From Octopus sinensis (Eukaryota), in NCBI RefSeq assembly GCF_006345805.1, contig NW_021828842.1, positions 1 through 7,605 on the forward strand: a stretch of DNA of 7,605 nucleotides, in the 5' to 3' direction. The notes under the pieces are model-generated. The model did no database searches, was not told the origin of the DNA, and saw only the letters and a list, made by a program, of their open reading frames with translations. How positions within the stretch are numbered: the stretch's first letter is position 1; every line of letters begins with the position of its first letter. This document shows, piece after piece, positions 1 through 7,605 of the stretch. The position numbers and the translations under genes are program-made.

Positions 1-48
1 GTTTTTGGTAAAATTTCTCTAATAATATTTCAGATTTCAGTGATTCGG

Positions 49-203
49 CACACGCACGCACACACACCACACACCACACACACACACACACAAAATGTGC
101 ATGAATGTATAGTATATATATATATAGATATATACATTAATATATACGCATATAATTCTGATAACTGTGTATGCGTGTTTATATATACATATACACACAC
201 ACA
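49..203. repeat. Imperfect (CA)n and (TA)n microsatellite cluster
   Basis: CA-rich 49-92, TA-rich ~108-153 and 180-192, CA 194-202. Confidence 0.9.
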
Positions 204-473
204 GATATCACAATTTGTAAAATAGTACTTAGATTATTTCAAGTTAATTTCAGTTACGCGGATGCAAACAGTCTCATACAGTTACGCATATACACACACA
301 CATACATACACACAAGCACCAGCAGACAGTGATATAATTTTCATTTCTCCATTTCTGCTGGAATGCTAATGCCGGGGAAGAAGAAGGGTATACCAAGTAA
401 ATGAAGGGAATTGACATGTATTCTTCCCACCAACTGCTTAGAACATGGTTAAGTAGCTAATAGCATCACACAA

Positions 474-570
474 ACACATACACGCAGTCACACACACAAA
501 AGCCACTTCTTCTTCTTTCTCCCTCTCTCTCTCTCCATCCCTTTCTATCACTTTCTTTCCCCTCTCTCAT
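474..570. repeat. Short (CA)n followed by a CT-rich polypyrimidine tract
   Basis: cacacacac at ~489-497, and cttcttcttctttctccctctctctctctcc... at 506-570. Confidence 0.8.
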
Positions 571-673
571 TTACACTCTTCCACTAGCAGCGCCCATCTT
601 TGACTGCTGACGCAAACGTTTCATATCGCATTGAGAATAAAATAATGAGAAATAAAAACGCCAATCTATATCT

Positions 674-736
674 ACACACACACACACAACACACACACCA
701 CACAACACACACACACACCACACACACACACACACA

Positions 737-791
<55 letters not shown>

Positions 792-821
792 TTTTTATAT
801 ATAATATATATATATATAATA
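674..821. repeat. Compound (CA)n-(TA)n microsatellite
   Basis: Imperfect CA 674-738, perfect AT run 739-782, degenerate TA to ~821. Confidence 0.95.
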
Positions 822-921
822 TGTAATTGTGTGCGTTGTTGTTCCGCTACTTCAATGAAAAAATGTATGGTAAATAAACAAATGACGCAACATATTTATA
901 TATATATATATATATATATAT

Positions 922-1136
922 AGCTGTAGAAATGAGTTGCGACGTCACTGGTTCCAAGCTGTATCGACCTTTGTCTTTCCCTTGGATAACACTGGTGGCG
1001 TGGAGAGGGGAGGCCGGTATGCATGGGCGACTGCTGGTCTTCCTTAAACAACCTTGCCCGGACTTGTGTCTAGGAGGGTAAGTTTCTAGGTGCAATCCCA
1101 TGGTCATTCATGACCGAAGGGGGTCTTTACCCCTTT
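922..1136 (+). mobile_element. Probable 5'-truncated retroelement 3' end (LINE 3' UTR, possibly RTE-like, or SINE) within (TA)n
   Basis: A GC-richer ~215-bp block is sharply bounded by (TA)n on both sides and ends in two tandem hairpins (1102-1115, 1117-1136). It resembles a dispersed repeat I recall from octopus DNA. Family and orientation are not verified. Confidence 0.55.
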
Positions 1137-1230
1137 ATATATATATATGCGCACATATATATATGAGTTTGTGTCCCCAAATTACCTAAAATGTTTTTTA
1201 TGCTTTTATTTTTACTTCAGTAATTTTCAG

Positions 1231-1445
1231 TTAACCCATTAGCATTGGCACTGGCCACATCGGGCCCAAATATTCTTCCTGTTTTCTGTTGAAACTGAAC
1301 AGATCAGCCCTTTCACGACTACCATGCAAAGTTATTCTAAAAGTAAGCAATCACATAATCAAAATCTCAAAGCTAGAACATAACGTATGATTAATTGTAA
1401 ACGATGTGAATAAATAAGTAATTCATCTGAATGTTGAAGGAGTAT
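1231..1445. mobile_element. Degenerate piggyBac-type MITE
   Basis: Left end TTAA+CCCATTAGCATT (1231-1246). Right end AATGTTGAAGGA (1430-1441), whose reverse complement matches the left TIR at 8/12. The right TTAA is degraded (gtat). TTAA|CCC termini are characteristic of piggyBac. Confidence 0.5.
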
Positions 1446-1899
1446 CCCCTTCTAGCTGGTACACTAATGAAACATCAATTCCATCTCAAATTACAAGTGG
1501 GCTCTTTTTTAAGGACACATTTCAGGTACGAGGGAGTGGTTAAGAATGTTAGTAGTACAAAAAATCGGGTCGGTATTTTTCTTAGTAGTTGACTTCTGTT
1601 AAGTGTTGTTTGAGGCCGAGAAGGGTCAAATGACAGTAGAGGCGGTTGAATTGCAAACATTTGAAGAAAATTATGATGGTGTGTGTTGGTGAGATTTGGG
1701 AGGTGAGAGGAGGTGAAAAAGCGATTGATCATAATACTTGGAATAAATTGGGATGCGTGTTATATATATTATATTTCTGTGGGTATCTATAAATATGTTG
1801 ACTACTTTTTGTTTTTAATACTGTGTATTATGTAGGAGTTATATGTTTATATATTGTGCGTATATGTGTGTGTTTGCATGTATGTATGTAAGCGCTTGT

Positions 1900-1953
1900 A
1901 TGTATATATTATGTATTTGTAAATGTGATGTATATATTATGTATTTGTAAATG
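1900..1953. repeat. Tandem duplication of 26 bp (period 28)
   Basis: atgtatatattatgtatttgtaaatg at both 1900-1925 and 1928-1953. Confidence 0.9.
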
Positions 1954-1988
1954 CAAGTTTGCATATTTCAGATTTATTGCATATGCTC

Positions 1989-2025
<37 letters not shown>

Positions 2026-2052
2026 GTGTGTGTGTGTGTGTGTGTGTGTGTA
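1989..2052. repeat. Compound (TA)n-(TG)n microsatellite at the Helitron 5' flank
   Basis: AT run 1989-2010, then TG run to 2050. Confidence 0.95.
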
Positions 2053-2060
2053 TCTATATA

Positions 2061-2569
2061 TCTATATATATAAAACTGTAGTTGTGTGAGTGTCTGTCCC
2101 CTTCGATTTAGATTCCTAACTACTCCCACATTTGCGGTGCAGTTTAACAAATTCGGGTATCTTATAGTCGTGATTCATATCGAGCTCGTCTGAGTATTAG
2201 CGCGCGTACGATGAGTCTACGATTTTAAAAATAATTTAATATAATTTTTTATTCCATTTTAATGCATAATTTTTCGTGTGTCGATGGCGGCGGAGTTGGC
2301 GTCCATGGTCACCCCTGCACCTGTTTCCTTCTCCCCCTTCTTCCCTCCCTCATGAAGCTGTGGGGAAGGGAGTGTAAGGAAATCAACGTCGTTAAGCGTT
2401 GTCAAGGAGACCAGCGTTCTTTTAGAACAACGACTTCATGGCTTGAAGACACCAAAACAGAAATGGCTAAGAAAGCCCGAATTGGCATCTATAAGGGAAG
2501 TAACTCTCTAAAAATGCTTATATAGTTATTTCTCTTACAAACCCGAGCAACGTCGGGCGATACTGCTAG
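2061..2569 (+). mobile_element. Non-autonomous Helitron (~510 bp)
   Basis: 5' end a|TCTATATATATAAAA at 2061 (alternative TC at 2053). 3' subterminal hairpin CCCGA-gcaacg-TCGGG (2542-2557), 8 nt before CTAG (2566-2569), followed by T. This gives an A|T insertion site with no TSD, and no Rep/Hel coding sequence is present. Confidence 0.85.
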
Positions 2570-2602
<33 letters not shown>

Positions 2603-2618
2603 TATATGCATTCATAGA

Positions 2619-2650
<32 letters not shown>

Positions 2651-2654
2651 TATA
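2570..2654. repeat. Compound (TA)n-(CA)n microsatellite at the Helitron 3' flank
   Basis: TA run 2570-2600 and CA run ~2619-2650. Confidence 0.95.
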
Positions 2655-3201
2655 AGTTATTTGGAATGTGTTCACTTGTCGATTGTCAGGTTGACTCTTG
2701 TTTTACATTAGAGATTTGATGGGCCCCGGGGCTTGCTATAGGATTATTTAGAATTAGTGAAGTGCATGAATGTCGGGCAGTATTTATGCTTACATGAATA
2801 AATAACGTCAGAGAATTTAACAGCGAGGAGTTGTGGTGGCGAAGAATAGTTAATGACCCTTTTATACATAATATACATTTACCTATATTTGTGTTGTAGA
2901 GGGGAGCTTCACATACTATGGACCACGATAGAGCGTATTGGACATTGTTTTGAATTGAGGTTGTATATGTGTGTCGCTAAAGATTGAAATAGTTTAGATT
3001 TGGGATTAATGAAAGAATACACATGAGCACGACAACGGCATTCAAAATCCTCAGTGCCACAAATATACATCCTTGCCTGGGGTCATCACGTGTCACTTAT
3101 AGATTACGCTTTTGAGGAGACATGAGCCTGCATACCGTATATTTCAGAAGCGCGACAGTTGCAAGTGGTTGGGGTTTACTATTAGTAATGTTGATGTTTG
3201 T

Positions 3202-3212
3202 TGATAATAATG

Positions 3213-3288
<76 letters not shown>
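3202..3288. repeat. (TAA)n microsatellite, 5' flank of the retrotransposon
   Basis: TGA TAA TAA TGA followed by (TAA)25 at 3214-3288. Confidence 0.98.
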
Positions 3289-3309
3289 GAAGAAGAAGAA
3301 GAAGAAGAA
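3289..3309. repeat. (GAA)7 at the element's 5' junction
   Basis: Seven perfect GAA units in phase with the preceding TAA units. Confidence 0.97.
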
Positions 3310-3805
3310 TACACCGGGTACGTTTAAGATGTAAGAAGGATAAAAAGAGCTCCGAAATCGATCCACAAACATCGAAAACAAGGACATCGTATGGAGCCAA
3401 AGATTTACTAACAAAGGATTGGACTGTATCCGAGTAAGTAATACTAATTGAAATTTATTACTATTTTCGAAACGAAATGATGTATTTTCTCTCGATATCA
3501 TCTCCACCTCTAACACAACACATGTAAACATGCGTGAAACATTACGATCCATCAACACCAGATCATCCCCGACCCCAAACACCATGTACAAAAAAACTAC
3601 GAAGAAATTAAATACCACCGATATTATTCAACCCAAGAATAACAATCGGGAGGTACGTACTTTAAACTTACAACACAAAATGTTCGAAAAACTACACGTG
3701 CAAAACAATGTGACAACAGAAATGAACGGACCGGTACCCTACGAAAATGACGACCGTCAAAATAATGGGCCGGACGTTGTTCCTCATGTCCCGCAAATAA
3801 AACCC

Positions 3806-4040
3806 AAAAGACATAAATGGACACGTGAAGATTACATTTCTATCCTACACGCATACTTCACAGCAGTGCTCTACCCAAAAAATTAAAACACAACAACCCA
3901 TACATATGAAATATGGAAGGAAAATAACATAAATATAGACTTGGATACAGCAATGAACCCTAATAAATTAGCTAACGTACGAAGGTACATTCTCAACGCA
4001 AAAAAAATATCTGAAATAGAAATAGAACATCTAAAAGAAA
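3806..4040 (+). other. N-terminal Myb-like DNA-binding region of the retrotransposon protein
   Basis: KRHKWTREDYISILHAYF...TYEIWKENN...MNPNKLANVRRYILNAKKISEIEIEHLK has the W...Y...W...L spacing typical of R4/Dong N-termini. It is interrupted by the stop at 3884. Confidence 0.65.
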
Positions 4041-4984
4041 AAATACACCAGGAAAATGTAGATAGAAGCCACACAACAATGCCCAATAATATAAACACTG
4101 AAACAGTAAAACACGAAGACAAGCGTAACATTCCAAACAAACACGATGTAAACAAAATACAACAAACCCAGACCGTAAGGACGCATAATAATACATGACA
4201 ATCAGCAAGCCAAAACACGGCAAACAAACACATAAATAAGAAACAAAGCGAAACAAAGCTAAAACCTGGAAACAACGAAGCGGAGCCTAATGATTATGAT
4301 AATATAAAAAGTAAAATAATCAAAGAACTGAAAACCACAGAGCTCAAAATTGAAAACCGACCATACCTCACAAAAATCAAAATAGACGAAACAACAACAC
4401 CAATAATAAACCGCATAAACCTAGCCGTCACGGAACTAATAGCCACTGAAACAAAAAGCGATATCACTGAGCTAAATCACTTAGTATACGCAGTAGCCAC
4501 TGCAGCCACAACAGAACCTGGAAACTCACTCAAACCCATCCAAACAGGAGTACCACCACCCAAACAAACCCTGTTGATAAATAACATCCAAAACAAAATA
4601 CATCAAATGAGAAAAGATCTGTCGATTCTTAATGAAATCAGTAGACAGTCAACGCTACTGAGCAACAAAAAGAAAACAAAAATACTCTGCAAATATACCA
4701 TCACAGAAAAAGATTTACCTGATATAAAAGAAAAGCTGAAGCAACATATCCTTGCCAAAGCACAAAGGATCCGCCGGTACGAGAAACGCAAGCACTTCTT
4801 TGAACTAAACAAAAAGTTCAACTCCAACCCCCAAAAGTTCTACCAAGAACTTGACAAAAATAAAATAGAAACAACTGCAGCACCAACGGCAGAAGAATTG
4901 GAAGAATTCTGGAGTGAAATATGATCGACGAACGAACAACCAAAAAGGAGTATTAAAACAACAAACTCAGCATCTGAGCGACTT

Positions 4985-6270
4985 TGGACCCCCATAACAA
5001 CTGAAGAGGTCACCCAGGCACTGCAAAGGCTAAGCAACTGGAAGGCACCTGGGCATGACAAGATCCCCAACTTCTGGTTGAAATATCTAACAGAAATGCA
5101 CAAAAAGCTGGCTGAAAATTTTAACAACATACTAGCAGAGCCAGAGACAATGCCTGAATGGTTCACGAAGGGGAAAACCATCTTAATTCCCAAATCAAAT
5201 GAGACAGCAAAACCAGAAAACTACAGACCAATAACCTGTCTCCCTACTATGTTCAAGGCATTTACTGCAGTGATATCACAAAGGCTGAACAAGCACCTGG
5301 ACGAAAACAAACTGTTCCCAGAAGAGTAGAAAGGATGCCGCAAAGGCTCATATGGCTGTAAAGATCAACTAATGATTAATAAAGCCATAACTGAAGACAG
5401 CTACAGAAAGAAGAAAGGCCTCAGTATGGCCTGGATCGACTACAAAAAGGCGTTTGATAGCATCCCTCACACATGGATCCTCGAAACACTAGCCATTAAC
5501 AAAGTAGCACCAACAATTATAAAATTCATAGGGCACTCTATGAATAAATGGCAAAGAGTGCTACAGCTCCAAACAAAAAAGGGACTCATGAAAACCAAAG
5601 CCATCCCCATTAGAAGAGGAATATTCCAGGGAGACACGCTCTCTCCACTCCTTTTCTGCTTGGCACTGTCACCTCTATCTGATATGCTAAATAGAACTGG
5701 ATGCGGATATAAATGTTACGGCAAAACGATCAGACACCTTTTATATATGGATGACCTAAAACTATACCCTGCAAATGACAAACAGCTTGGAATTCTATTA
5801 AAGACAGTTCATGGATTTACCAAAGAAACAGGTATGAAATTTGGATTAGAAAAATGCGCTAAATTAACCATGAAAAGAGGAAAACTAGTGAAGAGTAGCA
5901 ACATTACACTAGATAAAACCAATGAAATAAAAGAATTAGACCAAAGCCAAACTTACAAATACTTAGGAATCCATGAACTAGATAAGACACAACACACAAA
6001 AATGAAAGAGAAACTAAAAAAAAGAATATTATAGACGAGTTAGATCAATACTAAAAACAGCTCAATGCTAAAAACAAGATAATAGGTATTAACACTTTAG
6101 CCGTCCCAGTTATAAGTTACAGCTACAATATCCTTAACTGGACACTAAATGAACTGACCAAAATAGATAGGAAAACAAGAAAATAAATGACAGGATCTAG
6201 GATGCATCACCCAAAATCTGACATAGAAAGACTATATATACAAGGTATAGAAGGTGGTAGAGGCCTTATA
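4985..6270 (+). other. Non-LTR reverse transcriptase domain with thumb
   Basis: NWKAPGHDKI (~5036, region 0), YRPITCL (5222), IDYKKAFDS (5435), GIFQGDTLSP (5618), LYMDDL (YMDD 5744-5755), GMKFGLEKC, YKYLG, and RLYI..EGGRGL (~6230-6267). Confidence 0.95.
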
Positions 6271-6442
6271 CAGCTGAAAAACTACTATAAAATAACCACC
6301 ATAGGTCTGCAAAATAATCTACTTCAGAAGGAAGGAAAACTGATACAAAACGCGGCAAAACCACCCGCGCAGACGAAAAATTGTTCTCAGTATCTAAGAA
6401 AGCTGACAAATACAAACAAGAAATCATACCACCTAATAATAT

Positions 6443-6518
6443 GAAGAAGAAGAAGAAGAAGAAGAAGAAGAAGAAGAGAAGAAGAGAAGAAGAAGAAGAA
6501 GAAGAGAAGAAGAAGAAG

Positions 6519-6547
<29 letters not shown>
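6443..6547. repeat. (GAA)n tract inside the retrotransposon ORF
   Basis: 33 GAA units with three GA interruptions (6476, 6484, 6504), followed by GTA GTA GAT GAT GAA GAA. Confidence 0.97.
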
Positions 6548-6550
<3 letters not shown>

Positions 6551-6831
6551 GTAGATGATGAAGAAACAACAAAAGCTATAAAACAAATGAAATCCAAACT
6601 AAAAATAGAACAGCGACGAACCATGATAAAACGATGGCAAGAAAAGCCCCTTCATGTTAAATACTGGACTAAACTAAACGCAAAAGAAATAGACAAAGAA
6701 AATCCCAGCAATGGTGGAGAAGCTCAGGACTCAAAGCAGAGACAGAGGGATTTTTAATTGCAGCACAAGAGCAAAGCCTCCCCACCAGAAATTACCAAAA
6801 ACATGTAATGAAAAGGAATATAACAAGTAAC

Positions 6832-7205
6832 TGCAGAAAATGTGGAGATGGACAAGAAACAATAATCATATTATCTCTAGCTGCGCAGTCCTGGCTAAGA
6901 AGGAATATTTCACAGACATGACAGAGTTGGAACCTACATACATTGGAAGCTATGCCAACATTATGGAATAACAACAGAAAAAGAAAGGTATAGGCACCAC
7001 CAGAAAAGGTCACAGCAAACGAGAAAGCAACCATACTCTGGGATATGCCGATACACACAGATAGAAATTAAGGCCAACAGACCAGATATAGTTGTCAGAG
7101 ATCATGAAGAAAAAAAATACTTTCTAATTGATGTATCAATACCGGCAGATGACAACGTGTGTCTAAAAGAAATGGAGAAACTCTCAAAATACAAAGACCT
7201 GGAAA
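6832..7205 (+). other. CCHC zinc knuckle, RHD motif and PD-(D/E)xK restriction-like endonuclease
   Basis: CRKC (6832-6843) GDGQETI / HIISSC (6867-6884, after a -1 shift); RHD (6914-6922); RPDIV (PD 7082-7087) ...FLIDVSIP (D 7130) ...KEMEKLSKYKDL (7166-7201). Confidence 0.9.
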
Positions 7206-7494
7206 TAGAGGTAACTAGAATGTGGAATCTGAAACAGAAACAATTCCTAACATAGTAGGTGCATTAGGCATGATAAAAAAATATTCAGACAAATACATAA
7301 CAAAAACACCAGGACTTACAAACACATATAACATACAGAAAATTGCACTACTAGGCACTGCACACATCCTACGCAGAACACTTTCCTACAATAACCATCA
7401 GAGCATCACAAAACAATCACAGCACATACCCAAGGCACACAGAGCTGCGCTCGGTAGTGAAGAGAAAGCACGCTATAAAAATAAAACTACTGAA

Positions 7495-7499
7495 TAATA

Positions 7500-7580
<81 letters not shown>

Positions 7581-7605
7581 TAATAATGATAATAATAATA
7601 ATAAT
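7495..7605. repeat. (TAA)n tail / 3' flank, truncated by the window edge
   Basis: (TAA)2 TA (TAA)25, then TGA TAA TAA TGA (7578-7589) and more TAA to the end. Confidence 0.98.

Larger units (their letters stand above)
3530..7394 (+). pseudogene. Disrupted RT-RLE polyprotein ORF (~1,290 codons when stitched)
   Basis: Track ORFs at 3530, 3941, 4574, 5078 and 5372 share one frame, separated only by stops at 3884 (TAA), 4196 (TGA), 4922 (TGA, FWSEI*, probably Trp) and 5327 (TAG, PEE*KGC, probably Gln). ATG 3530 (aaacATG) is the first after an in-frame stop at 3449. Motifs continue beyond 6016 across frameshifts. The terminal stop at 7392-7394 is inferred (one base out of frame after HILRRTLS). 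Confidence 0.92.
3289..7494 (+). mobile_element. Apparently full-length non-LTR retrotransposon, R4/Dong clade (RLE type), inserted in a (TAA)n microsatellite
   Basis: Single-ORF architecture Myb-like/RT/CCHC/RLE, ~220-nt 5' UTR (3310-3529), ~100-nt 3' UTR with AATAAA at 7480-7485, (TAA)n on both sides. Dong elements are known to target TAA repeats. The 5' boundary is 3289 if (GAA)7 belongs to the element, otherwise 3310. Confidence 0.93.

Noticed and set aside
251-287. CAGTTACGC repeated at 251 and 279
   Set aside because: A 9-bp pair with no supporting structure, too weak to call a TSD or motif.
40-923. ORFs 40..225 and 600..923 (HT/IY repeats)
   Set aside because: They are translations of CA and TA microsatellites.
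1117-1136. Rho-independent terminator or histone stem-loop
   Set aside because: The context is eukaryotic, there is no upstream gene, and it does not match the histone stem-loop consensus.
847-1732. Minus-strand ORFs 847..1107 and 1475..1732
   Set aside because: No recognisable motifs. The first runs through a TA repeat.
1900-1953. CRISPR-like direct repeat
   Set aside because: Only two AT-rich copies 2 nt apart with no spacers, so it is a simple tandem duplication.
2262-2525. 87-aa ORF inside the Helitron
   Set aside because: No HUH Rep or helicase motifs are recognisable, and the length is compatible with chance.
2655-3200. Possible host exon or regulatory region in non-repetitive-looking sequence
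   Set aside because: No convincing ORF, splice-site pair or recognisable element. It cannot be excluded without transcript data.
3097-3618. Overlapping poly-N/I/L/K/R ORFs on both strands
   Set aside because: They are open only because TAA/GAA repeats lack stops in those frames, and they show no protein-like features.
3884-5329. Stop-codon readthrough or an alternative genetic code as the explanation for in-frame stops
   Set aside because: All three stop types occur, and those at conserved positions are single-base changes from the expected codon (TGG to TGA, CAG to TAG). This is ordinary decay.
4985-6270. Bacterial retron, group II intron or DGR interpretation of the RT
   Set aside because: The CCHC plus RLE C-terminus, TAA tail and eukaryotic microsatellite context identify a non-LTR retrotransposon.
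3624-7058. Minus-strand ORFs within the retrotransposon (3624, 3883, 3993, 4603, 4840, 6266, 6387, 6433, 6792)
   Set aside because: F/L/V/C/S-rich antisense shadows of an A-rich coding strand and of the GAA tract.

Overview
AT-rich, microsatellite-dense eukaryotic non-genic DNA. The repeat landscape resembles a cephalopod (Octopus-like) genome; this is from recognition and was not searched. About 55% of the window is one apparently full-length, decayed non-LTR retrotransposon of the R4/Dong clade (~3289/3310-7494, + strand) embedded between two (TAA)n arrays. It has a structured ~220-nt 5' UTR and a single ~3.9-kb ORF (Myb-like domain, RT with YMDD, CCHC knuckle, RHD, PD-(D/E)xK restriction-like endonuclease). 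The ORF is broken by 4 stops in its 5' two-thirds and about 10 frameshifts in its 3' third, and contains an expanded (GAA)n tract. Upstream are a ~510-bp non-autonomous Helitron (TC...hairpin-CTAG, A|T site), a ~215-bp hairpin-ended fragment within (TA)n (probably a retroelement 3' end) and a degenerate piggyBac-type MITE. No intact host gene, RNA gene or CRISPR array is supported. The element classes are known; the points worth checking are a possible hidden target-site duplication in the TAA arrays, the (GAA)7 5' junction, the UTR structures and the lopsided mutation pattern.
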